From Podarcis filfolensis (Eukaryota), in the NCBI GenBank assembly GCA_964270895.1, contig OZ185440.1: a stretch of DNA of 64,000 nucleotides; one strand, 5' to 3'. The notes under the pieces are model-generated. The model searched no databases and was not told the origin of the DNA. It saw nothing but the letters and a program-made list of their open reading frames with translations. Position numbers and translations under genes: made by a program. Below, piece after piece: positions 1-11,815 of the stretch (position 1 is the stretch's first letter; each line of letters begins with the position of its first letter).

Positions 1-3000
1 TTATAGTTCATAAATGTTGTGAGCAGGGATGCTGGTGAAGTTTCTGAGTGCAGCTGTGGGAACTCCTAAAAGCCCACCATAGGTTTAATATGACCTTGTC
101 ATGATAGAAGAGCCCTGATGAAATTTTTCACTGGCTCGGATTAAAATTCCTAGCTCTACATGCCTATCTGTTCTACCCTCCCCACCATTCTGTGATTCCC
201 AGCACACACCCCTCTCGTCTTTTTAAGCAGCGGCAGAGGTGAGTAACAAGTTATAGAAAAGGAAAGGGATTTTGTTTCACTCCCTCCCCTCCAGGTTCTG
301 ATGCAATTGCAGATGGAATCTTTCTGGAAGTAATCTTTCTGAGCCTCTCAGATATTATAAAAAATAGTTGGATCTTTCCCCCCAGAAGACCTTAAATCAG
401 CTCTGAGTTAATTCAAGGCAAGTTTCAGATAGCTTGCCATCTTTAGTTGGGCTCTTCTTTGGGGACTCTTGTCAAAAAGTGGGTTATAATAATAATTTAG
501 CAATGCCTCTGATGAATCCACTTTTTAAAAGCTTCATATCTTCTGTCTAACTTATGCCACCCATATTATGTTCTTACAGGACTAATGTGTGGCTATTGAA
601 GTTTGCAGGAAGTACCTTCTGTAGGCTTGGGCACTGGGACTGGTGAATGAGACATAACCAGTGTTTGACGCCTTATTAGTAATAAGATTATACACAGCCA
701 CAATGTTGATGTTCCTCCTAGTGATTTGGCATTCCTACTCGGATCACTGAAAGGAAGCACATGGAATTGTGAGTGTTGTTGGCCCAGTTACTTCAGGTGG
801 TGGTAAAGCTGCTATTGTGGAAGAGTAGCAGTCAATATCACACAGTTCATAACTATGGGTAGGCTGATACATTGGGGAAAGGTTTAGGTTTGTAGTAGTT
901 GGGTTGTAACCAGTGAAATTAGTGAGAAGGATGGTCTAGTAAGTTTTATGGGTGATACTGATTTCACAAAGTTTAAGACGCTCTAGATTGATTTCAGTTC
1001 CTTTTTGTCTACATTGTTTTCAGTTCCTTTCTGTTTAAAATACCAACTGCTCAAAAGGTTTGGACTTTAATTGACAACATGCAGCAGCCTAAACTGAACA
1101 CTGGCATTAAAGGTTCAGTGTGTTCTAAATTATGCTATCTATTAGCTGTACTTTGTCTTTAAACACACAGCTCTCCTCCCCGCTACCCCGCCCCAGCTCT
1201 TTCTAGCAGAGTCTAGCCACTGCTGATTATGAATCACTCCATTGTTCTTGGTATATTGACATAATGTTAGAAAAAAGAAGTAGTGTGTGGAATTTGGAGA
1301 TCTTTAACTCCACTTTGATGTCAAGCTGGGCTACCTTCAAGTTCTTTTGTATTCTGATACGGCCTCTCTTGTCATGAGGTAGGCTACTTGAATAATTTTG
1401 TTTGGGAACACAAGCAATCATGGAAGAAAAAGCAGAAGTGCAAGATATTTAAAGAAATGAATTAAGGTTGTTTTGAGATATGGGCCAATTATGCAAATAG
1501 GCATATTGGCAGCAAAGAGTTGCTTCATATGTATAAGAGACTAAAAGTAATGTGTGTGCTTATTCTTATATTCTAACTCATTGCAAGAAGCTTTGCCTAA
1601 GAAAATAGGATTTAAAGCACCTGCTGTTCCCTTTTGTATCTTCAGCTGACTTGCTAATTCGTAGAAATTGTACTTGAATATGATAGTTGCTCTACTAGTT
1701 TCTTAATCAGGTTTGGCAAAACTAAATCTTATCAGTTATCTGATTACTCTTTTCACACACACCTCCTGCAGCTGCAGTGTAATAAAAGGTTTTTCCTAAA
1801 CATATTTATTCCTACCTTACTGTGGAACTTGAACTTGAACCTAAATTTCAGTCCCTTAACTAATCACATAAATTAGATTTTACATAATTCTGTAATGCAG
1901 AGCCAGGCATTTATACTCGGAAGAATACACAGTAAATTATCATTGTTAGCCAACATCCCTCTTGCATATTTTCCCAGTTAAGTACCTGTATGGATATTTG
2001 TTAAGCACAGTCATTATAATGCTAAGTGATATTTTCTCATTCTCAATTGTATTTTGACTTGGAGATTATTCAAGTGTTCTGAGAGCTAAATAATTATCCC
2101 TGGTATTCTGGAGTGCTAATTTGCTAAAGGCAAACTTTATTTTAGGTTTGCTTTTGAATGCTGTTGGAATCCCAAAGAATAGTGCATAGATTGTGTAGGA
2201 GATACAAAATGTATCACACCCAAACCTATTTAGCATTAGCTTTACAGCTTGTACTAATTAGCTTTTCAGTGTACTTGTTATACATTCAGCACAAGTGAAC
2301 CCAATGTATGATAGAGTTAAAAGGAAATTAGAGTTTGCTTGGGCACACCTATCTAGCAACATGTTCATTTTTACTTAGAATTCAAACTTTTAAGAGATTT
2401 TTAACTTTCTTCTCCACAAATTTTGACTGCCTGGCAGTGGCCTAAAATGTGGAAAAAAAACAAAAAAAAACCTTGCTAAAGAAGAAGCCCTAAATCACCC
2501 AAACATGCTAGAAAAACTAGTGGCTGGAACTTAGACCTTGCAAGCAAGCTGACTGAATTGTGCTCTGACCTCATACTTCGAAGCCATCTGGGCTTTAGGA
2601 ACTTTCAGCTTTCTTTCTCCTACAAGTAGCAGCCCAAATCCCAAGTTGAAAGTGAATCTATGCCTTTGGCCTCCCTCCAGCATTCCTCACTGAGCAAGTA
2701 AGGATTTGGAATGTCAGAAAATAGCAAGAGGGGAGGGTAGATAGAAGTGTGTGAAGGCGTTCCTAACTTGGAGCATGGAACAAAACACAGTTTCATCTGG
2801 ACTGCCCCTTTCTGTAGCAGCATTTGTTCCTTATTTGTACTTTCTCCCTAATGATGCAGCCCTGCTCCAGCAACAGAGATCTGCCTCAACAAGGCTGTGG
2901 ATTTAAAAACCTTTCTGCTAAGGCGTCTTCCTAGCTGGATAAACTAGTAATCTTTAGGCTTTTGCCAATTTTGTTACCGGATTTCGTGCCATCATCAGTT

Positions 3001-3238
3001 GTTTGGAAATAGTCTGGCTTTGCTGTGTGAAAGCTCTGAATAGCAGAAAATCTTTTGGAAGACCTGAAGGCAGGTTTCAGACCTGACAGTGACATGCTCT
3101 AGCACTGTCCTCTGCCAGCAGAAGCTCCTGGGGGTCTGTCTTGTCATGATTATGGAGAACAGCCCACTGTGACATTTGTTTCTGCAGTCGTCAGCCTGGT
3201 GCCTAGAAACTTGTAACTTTGAACACTGGCTAAAATAC

Positions 3239-3288
3239 TATAATTGTCAAACTAGTTTCTTCTTGCTTTAGAAGGCACCACCCAGCTG
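3239..3288 (+). promoter_or_regulatory. Possible core promoter of the internal sm-M20 transcript (TATAAT at 3239-3244, E-box CAGCTG at 3283-3288)
   Basis: TATA-like hexamer ~30 nt before the purine-rich start at ~3272 and ~130 nt before the sm-M20 ATG. The same stretch also reads as a 3' splice site (TTTCTTCTTGCTTTAG), so the call is ambiguous. Confidence 0.3.
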
Positions 3289-3371
3289 CACATAGTGAGA
3301 CAGAGGTGAAGAGTTGGATCTTGTTGCTACTGAGAGGTGACCTGTTGCCTTGCCACCACCCTGAATGGACC

Positions 3372-3473
3372 ATGTCGTCCTTGTATACCAGGAGTAAGGA
3401 GTTTACTCGAAACAGAAAGTCTCAGTCTGATTCTCCCCCATCGTCTCCTTCCCCGATTGCAAAGACACTCAGA
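3372..3473 (+). CDS. PPP1R12B: PPP1R12B sm-M20 (small myosin phosphatase subunit) isoform-specific first coding exon
   Basis: ACC-ATG start; encodes [34 protein letters not shown] (34 aa), which I recognise as the sm-M20 N-terminus. Ends at phase-0 donor AGA|GTAAGC and joins HERLSR in frame. Confidence 0.9.
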
Positions 3474-6400
3474 GTAAGCAAAGAGCTTTTCATTTCTGTG
3501 TTATATTGTAACTTGCTAAGGGCTGATTATGTTCACAGTGCCTTTCCCCACTTGAGTCTTTCTCTGTGATTCATTTTTCTTCTGAAGGTGTCCGTGTGAA
3601 AGAAAGCATTGGCAAAGCTTTTCTGTAGAAGGAGCCTTCAACAGTATAGTTTTGCAGGGTCTTCTCATCTTGCTATAGTTACTGATTCAGGGATGATAAG
3701 TAAATCACTTGAATTTGCTTCCTATCTCTTCACAGTCAACAGGAACTACATTTGCTGAATATTTTTACTAGGAGGGCATAGGCTTTGAAATGAAAATGAG
3801 GCAAAACCTGAACAGCTTGCTAAACTGCTGTGTGCTTCTTACAATATTGCTAGCATTTTGAAGTTTGGACATCTGTCTTATCTGTAAAGGGCTGATGGAA
3901 TATTATGACATGTAGTATTTTAAAGGTCCAGAAAATAGTCTTTTTGTGAGAGATACTGATGAAGTCGAGATATCCATAGTTCTAGCTGGCATTATTTTTC
4001 AAAGTATCAAGAGTTCCAGTTTGTAAGAAAGTATTAAAACCTTCTGAACACAAATTCCTTGTGAGTTTTCCTGAATCACTCTTCTTTCTTTCTTTTTTTA
4101 ATAAAAAAGTAGCATGAGTCAATTTGAACATTCTTGCCATTTCCGATTACTTAATGGCACATAGAAACATTTCATACTTGTGTTGCCATGACCAGCAGAG
4201 ACTTCATACAAATGCAAGTCTGATATTAACACTGCTGTATCGTATTGTAGGTGAGAAATAGTAGGAAGCTGATATAATAATCTAAAGCAGCTGCAATTGA
4301 ATATGTGCTATCAAAAATTCCAGATGTTTCTTTACTTATCAGCAGTCAGCAAAGTGTAGGGAACTGGGTTAGCATTTATGGAAATTCATTTGCTACCTGA
4401 ATAATGATCCAGAGAAACTGGTGAATTTCCCCTTGTCTCTTTTCCTTGTTTAGATTTCACTTTGATTTTAAAGCAAGCTGACTTTAGTGAGTCTGCATTA
4501 TTAGCAGCAGACAATTGTGATCTGGTACACTGAAAATTATCTTAGTATTTACCACGACATAAAAGCCTGTTAGATGTTCTTATGATTGTAACTTACTGTG
4601 CTTCCAAAGAAGAAAACTGGGAAGTAGCTATATATTTAAATTTAGTAACAGCTCTGCAGTACATCTTAGCTGTAACTAAATATAATGCTGAATACCTATT
4701 TTATGATGCATGTCTTAATACTTGATGTGTAAGTGGGTCAATTTGAGAAAAATGTATAAGTAACTGCATAGCATTTTCATGCATTTGGAGTCACAAAGAA
4801 CATTTTAAGGTAATTTTGGTTAAGGATTAACTTCCTGAGAAACTATGGGGTCAATGGCAACTTTAAAGATTTTGTTTAAAGTTGTAATGCACCTTTCCTA
4901 GTGCCATTCCTTATGTCAGGGGCTCATGTATTAATGGCTAAGCAAAGATCTTCTATTTTATTTATCATCCATGGGGATACCTGCTTAGCTTTCCCATCTC
5001 TTGCACTACTTCTTCACTTGAACCCACTTTTGCTGTGCTTCACATCTCTCATCCAGCTTCCCCACTCTCACTTTTGTTCTCCTTTGTGGCTCTTTAGGTG
5101 TCGGGAAGGGTTTTGTGACCTCACTCATCCCTTTTCTGCAATTCCAGTTTGAGAAACACTGGGCGACAGGCATGTAAAGGCGCCATATAGAGAGAGAGGC
5201 TCCTTTCTGTACACTTGATTGCTTAATTGGGCAATTTTCCTCATCTGTCAATTAAACTGCTTATTAGGATCTATTGTTAAGCAATTAAATCACTCCTCCA
5301 TACTCTGGAGAGCTCTTGTTGTACTGAAACAGTAAACAAGTTAATCAGGCTTCCATCACCTACACACCTTTCACTAGTTTTGTCTTATACAAGCACTAGT
5401 TCATTTCAAAAAAGTATGCCTCAAGATCTATGAAAGGCTTTTTTTTTTTGTATGTGGGACCGAAGCTTGTTCACTTAGATAATTAGTATGCCCGTTGAGA
5501 TAACTTTGCATCTTCACAAAACAAACCTGTAATAGAAATCAATTGCATGCATATTCTGAAGTGATTCAGTCTCCGTACAACTTCCAGCATTCTTCTTAGC
5601 TGTCTGCATGTGAGTCAGTCTCTCAGACAGTTGGCGTTTGCATGAAGTTATTGCTGTTCATGCAGCAGGGTAAAGTATACAGAAAGGGAAAAACAGGTTT
5701 TCCTCATGCTCTGACTGCCGTATTAGGAGATGTGTAGGAAGGTTCTTCTAGAGCTAATTGAGCCGTCACGCTGATTTTCCTTTTGCTGGTCTTTCCCCGT
5801 GGTTTGACTTGTTTGCTTCAAATGAATCTTGACACTTTGCTCTGCTAGTGTTTCTTTGCAGTGCACCTGCTTTCTTTGACTATGTAGAGCTGGTGTATGT
5901 ATAGTATTTTCTTTCAGCAGCATAATGGACTGCAGGGCATTTAGTTCCATTTTCCACTCCATGATTGAAAGACTAGATATTAAATCATGAGCCTTGAAGA
6001 TCTGAATTGTAGGGAGGTGACAGTTGGCTGGGAAGAGAAGCTAGCAAAAAGGATAGTTTGATCATACAGAGTGGGCATGAATGCTTGAATTAATTATCTC
6101 ATACGTGTACTCCTATAATACATTATTAGGAAGAGAATAAAACTCTTATTGACAAATTGCGTGAACAGGATTCAAGTTGTTTTCTCACAAATGATATGCC
6201 ATGGCAGTGGGAGATCAGATTGTTAACTTAGTTACGTGTCTGTTAGTAGCTACTACCAAGGTGCCAAATTTGTTCTTAGTTGCCTCCCTGCAAAAGTAAA
6301 AGTAAAATCTTGCTGTACTTTTTAAACCCTGAAACACTATTGTAAGGATGCAGGGGGGTGAACAACGACATCCTCTTTTAAGTTTCCCTTGCAGAAGGTT

Positions 6401-6856
6401 GCCCCACTGCAAAAGCAGAAGTGTGTCTCTAAATATTCCACAATCCAAAAATGCTTCTAAAGGAAAATATTTTAGAGAGGAAATGATACCAATGCATATG
6501 CATGTTTTTGCCCCCTCTCTATGTCTACTCTATTTGCGTCTACTGATTCCCATGCCTCCTATTTGAACTTTAAAATTTAAAAAAACAGTTTGAGGGATTG
6601 GTTACAAGGCAGAAATTTGGTGCATGTATAGAGCGCTGAAAATGGCTTATTTGAGCAGCTTATCTTTGTACTAAATAGGTTAATAATTCTAAAATACAAC
6701 TAATATTAATAATAACAGTAAACCACTATCAGTTCACATTTCAGATACAGTGACCATTGGTAGATGACTCTTACACTGAATTTAAGTTGATATGAGCCTT
6801 TCAGATGGTATCCATGTGAGGTTTACATCTATATTAAATATGTTCCGGTGTAGCCA

Positions 6857-7142
6857 TAGGAATCCTGTGGCCCTTGGATGTTGTTGGACTTCATCTCCTG
6901 TCATCCCTGATCATTGACTGTGCTGTCTGGGTCTGATAGGAACTGGAGTCATCCTGCCTGCCTGAATAGCTCAGTTAGTTAGAACGTGGTACTGATAATG
7001 CTAAGGTTGCAGGTTCAATCCCTGTATAGAACAGCTGCATATTCCTGCCTTGCAGGGGGTTGGACTAGATGATCCACAGGATCCCTTTCAACTCTATGGT
7101 TCTATGATTCTGTGAACATTATGAGGGCAACAAGTTTACCCC
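6857..7142. mobile_element. Short imperfect-palindromic repeat (MITE-like; related copies ~11130-11225, ~34797-34910, ~62560-62670) interrupted by a SINE
   Basis: Recurrent motif GGCCCT..GGATGTTGTTGGACT..CTCCC(A)TCATCCC...GGAGTC..AACATCTGGAGGGC seen several times in the window. Boundaries approximate. Confidence 0.55.
6958..7111 (+). mobile_element. tRNA-derived SINE with CR1-like 3' tail
   Basis: A-box TAGCTCAGTTAGTTAGAAC, B-box GGTTCAATCCC; tail GGTTGGACTAGATGA...TTCAACTCTATGGTTCTATGATTCT. Confidence 0.85.
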
Positions 7143-8521
7143 GTCTGGATTATAGGGTTCCAGCTGTTCAAAATATTTGGACAGGACTTTGGTACTAGAA
7201 TACCCAGATTCAAATCTTAGATGTAGATCTACATGTAGATGTAGAGATAACTCTCTACTGGGATGAAATACTCATGTTTTAATACTTATAATGGGAACAG
7301 CAAGGTATTTTGAAAATCTGACTGTCAGGCTTTTGTAAAAGGACAGCATATTGCACATCTGTATATATTATTCATGACAATATATTAATCTTAAGCATAT
7401 TAACCTTACCCCATTGTGATGCCCATTGTTTCAAATCACTGAAAACCTCCTTCATGAACCTATTCAGATTCAATATAATCATTTGAGAAATATCCAAAAT
7501 ACCTAAATAAGTTGTTCACCAACAAAATAGCCAGTTAGCAAATAAGGTATTTCAGATTTTGATTAATTAATTGTATACCCTGACATTCTACCAAAACTAT
7601 TTTTATTAAATAACGTTGCATTGAAGACTTTGTTTCCTTTGTTGCTCTCTGCCCTGTGCATCATGGCTCCAAGACAATTCCTTTTCTACTAGTATGGCCC
7701 ATCCATTCAGTTCTTAGTAATAGATAATGCAGAACTCATTTTTATTTATGGGTCCCCCCCTTTAATTCATTTTAAGGGAACAATTCTACAACTATAATTG
7801 ACTTGACATAAGCCAGACCTAGACCTTCAGAGACTTAACATCAAAGTTCTGCACTGAGTTACAGAACAACTGCTAACATTCAAGACAGCCACTAAATAAA
7901 TCTGGCACACATTTCCAGTATCCTACACTGCTGGAGGCCTGAAGCTCAGTAAGAACCGTTAATGAATAGCCAACTTTTAGGACTGCCAGTTGTAAAGCTG
8001 AGTTTTGTTTGAAGTGCTTTTACACATCAGTTATCCCTTTTTTGTTTTTCATTTTTTTGTGTCATAAAGAAGTAATAAAGACTAACCAAATAGGTGCATA
8101 GGGAAACTAGGCTCCATTGACTGACACTTCCTTTTGCTGTGCATCTCATGGCAAATTGAACCAGACTTGAAGGAATGCTTCTCTAGTGTCAACAGCAATC
8201 TGCCTTTAGTTCAAGAGGCAATTCCCAGCTGCCAGCACTGTATAGCAGAGGGCCTGGTTCTCATGAAGTACATGGCTCTACCTTGGCTCTGAGCTGTGGG
8301 CGCTTACTTAAAATGTGGTATACTCATAGTAGACTTATTGAAATCAATGAACCTAGACTCCCAGCCTGGCAGAGAATGGCTTTTGCACTTGTGTCCCCAA
8401 AGAACCAACCCGAGAGAGCATACAATGACTAAAAGGTTGCACTACAACAGTATAGTGGCCATCCTCATTAGATTTGAACCACCTTCCAGGAAATGTAAGC
8501 GTATTTCATTCTTCTGTAATA

Positions 8522-8763
8522 CAGTGGTACCTTGAGTTACATACGCTTCAGGTTACATACGCTTCAGGTTACAGACTCCGCTAACCCAGAAATAGTACCT
8601 CAGGTTAAGAACTTTGCTTCAGGATGAGAACAGAAATCGTGCTCCAGTGGCACGGCAGCAGCAGGAAGCACCATTAGCTAAAGTGGTGCTTCAGGTTAAG
8701 AACAGTTTCAGGTTAAGAACGGACCTCCGGAACGAATTAAGTACGTAACCCGAGGTACCACTG
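8522..8763. mobile_element. Tc1/mariner-type (Tigger-like) MITE, 242 bp
   Basis: 19-bp TIRs CAGTGGTACCT(T/C)G(A/G)GTTAC, TA duplicated on both sides, internal repeats of CTTCAGGTTA. Confidence 0.92.
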
Positions 8764-11746
8764 TAAAAAGATATATTCCAGTGGGTGGGATAAAAGAAGG
8801 TACAGCCTTATAACCCTTCTCACGATGAACTGAAGAGAGGCCCTGCATCTTCTGTGAATGCCTGCATTTTATTTCTCTTGATACTGTCTTTCTGGAGAGC
8901 TTTAGATTTTATTGTCGGGTGGAATGTTTGCTCAACAGCATTTTTCTTTAAAGTGGTCAAGTAGGTAGGTTTCTGAATTCTGACTTTTTCTGAAGTTAAA
9001 TAAAGTTCATCTTGATATTGTGTGTAGTGTTGTCTATCCTTCGGTTTGATGCTAATGAAGTGCAGCTGCACAGACCTTGAAGAGGCAGCTGGGGAAACTG
9101 AGGCAAAAGACAGAAATAATAAAGCCTTTTAATACGACAGTGTTTCGGTCCTATTTGAGTACTGTATTGGAACCATGTGCTAGTCAGATGTAGATGCCAG
9201 TTAGAATTACAGAACTTACTTCAAATTAAACAAGTTCTGTTTCTGTTGTGAATACCATAAGCTCTTCAACTAGATGGTGAAACTGCCATTCATAACAACT
9301 AATCCTTTATGTTCTAGCAAAACCAAACCAAAACAACCAGGGATTTTTCTGTTAAATCCATTGATTTATAGCTCCTGGAAAATCATGCTTTGTGTTAGAC
9401 ATATTGGGGTTATTCAAAGGTTGCTCAGTTACCCTGGGTTATTAATCACATGGATAGGATTGGAGATCCTTGTGCTAAGAGCTGAGAACACTGACTGGGT
9501 TTGAGAAATACATTGGGTGACCTTGGCTGTCCAGTACCTTGGCTTCTAAGTCCTCTGTCAAATCTCCAGTTTTTCACAGCACAGCTAACATAAAATGACT
9601 GCTTGTCGTGCCCAGTAATCTTTGTCAGAATGGGCATCATTGTGCTCAGACTAGTAAATAGTAGTTAAGTTTTTACCCTTCAAAGATGGAGTTTAAAAGA
9701 GAACAGGGAGTGCAGTAATTGTTCATGGAACAAGGTATGCAGTCCTTATTGTACTAATAGTAGAGTACAGTTGCATCCTGTAACCCTTTCCCGTGCAGAG
9801 AGACAGAAAAGTTCCATGAAGATTTAATGCTAAGTTATGCCACCTGTTTTTTAACATTGGCATCGAATAAAAATCTTGTCCATTCATGCATATTTAAACT
9901 CTTCTTTTCAGCTTTTGTGAATAAAATTCATGGCCTATAAATCAGTCTTAAGTAAATAGCATTCTTCTTGCCTAAAACAAGACAATTCATGGTCTGGGAG
10001 ATTACTATAATGACATGGCTTCTATGGACAAAGACCATCCTTCCCTGAAGTTTCCACCTCATCTTAGTTGCAATTGGTTAAGCTTTGAGCTGGGATGAAA
10101 GTCTATTGTAGAAAAATTGCTCTATGTTTCAGCCAGTTTTGAACATGATAATTTTATAAGAGGTGGTTCAGCTACTTGGTCAAGAACAAGCTTGTTGGGT
10201 TATAGGCACGTGGCACTTCAGTGGATGTTACACACATAAGCAGGAGGGGAGAACAGGCCTGAAAATACATTTGCTTTTGTTTTGGAGCTTCAGGAAGTTA
10301 TCTGAAAATAGTCGCTTGAAGTGAGTCATTAAGTTACTTTTCAACATGACTTAAAACTTTTCTGTGAGAAATGGAAGAAGACAGCTCAGTTGAAACCGTG
10401 AACCAAGTTGGCAAGTATTTTCACATCTTCAAAAAGACCACCTTTTGTAACTTTTCAGTGAGTCAAAATGGTGTAAAATTGTTCTGAGGGCAGAGAAGAG
10501 GGATCATCCTAAGGACCTAAGCCATTAATGAAGCAACAGAGCCAGTGTTTTCTGGGTTGCCAAAGTTCATGGGTAAGCAGTGAAATCTCAGTGCATCAAA
10601 ATAGATTTTCTGGTCCAGGAGCAGAGAAGCAGGCTTAGTGTTCACCTATTGCTTACTGAATAAAGAGCGGCAGCTTAAATAAGATACTTGTCCAGATGAC
10701 AGGCTATCAATCCTCACTGGATCGCTTCCAATATAATGTGTATCCCCATCCTCATTCTGTGGCTGTTAACTGGGTGAACAGACTCAGAATATAACAGTGG
10801 TTCCTATTGACCTAAAAATGCATGTATAATGTAAGCTACTTCAGTTATGAAACCATTCGCCAGAAAAGCTCAAGAAAGTACAAGAAGCACTAGAATATCT
10901 GCTCAGATGCAGAATGTTATCATTCTTCCCAAAGCAGTTGAGAAAATAGCTTAGGTTTTTTTCTGTCCTGTACATCAGTATGTATTTTTCAACTAGTGTT
11001 CCATCTTCTCATTAGTGTTACCTGGGTTTGTTTCACTGGTTATTTTGCTACTGGACATTTTTAAAAAAATATATATTATTTTAAGTTATGCATATGTACA
11101 TTTTGAGTACAGTATAGTACCACTTATATATGCTGAACTCCCATCATCCCAGACCACTGACCATACTAGCTGGGACTGATAGAAACTGTGGTTCAGCAAC
11201 ATCTGGAGGGCCAGAATTTAGCTACCTGGGCAGTAAGTGTAGGCTCCAGATCACCTGTCTCCTTAGTCCAATGGGATCGCTTGGTTTACTGCAGTCCACC
11301 AATAGTTTCTTTGCTTGCCACCATAGTGGGGCACACAAGAAGCATAATTTCACTTGTTCAGAAGTGTGCCATTGTGTTTTCTCTTGCCCTTTCCATTCAT
11401 AGCTAAAACAATGTTGCTTTCCCCAGTGACATTGCTACACAGCTTAACCTTGCTGTGTGACACCATGGTGCTGTCATGTTAGCTACATGATCCCTGATAT
11501 GCTGGAAATATGTAGTTTGCAGGAAATAAACTTTAATGAATGGTGCTGAAGCAGTTTCCAGAAAGGACTGTGAACAGGACAAGATAAGGATGAAAACCTT
11601 GGAGGGAAAAAACATTTTTTGGGTGGGGGCGGGGAGTTCAGTCAACCATCAATCCATTGTTTGATTTTTTTTTTAAAAAACTTCATTCACTCATATAAGG
11701 GCAGTAATTAATACACAAAAATGCAAAATAGATTCTACTATGCAGT

Positions 11747-11815
11747 CTAAGTAAGTCTTGTTTTCTGTTAGCTCAGCCAGACTAAGTAAGTCTTGTTTTC
11801 TGTTAGCTCAGCCAG
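11747..11815. repeat. 35-bp-period tandem duplication
   Basis: CTAAGTAAGTCTTGTTTTCTGTTAGCTCAGCCAG occurs identically at 11747-11780 and 11782-11815. Confidence 0.95.

Noticed and set aside
2829-2838. CArG-like CCTTATTTGT upstream of the sm-M20 exon
   Set aside because: Mismatch at an invariant G; similar near-matches are common in this AT-rich DNA.
3306-3371. 22-codon GTG extension as explanation for the 208/224-aa heart M21 isoforms
   Set aside because: The length match is coincidental; the heart-specific M21 N-terminus derives from different upstream MYPT2 exons not present in this window.
6961-7025. tRNA-like sequence with A and B boxes
   Set aside because: Continues directly into a CR1-like tail and lacks a proper acceptor stem; it is a SINE head, not a tRNA gene.
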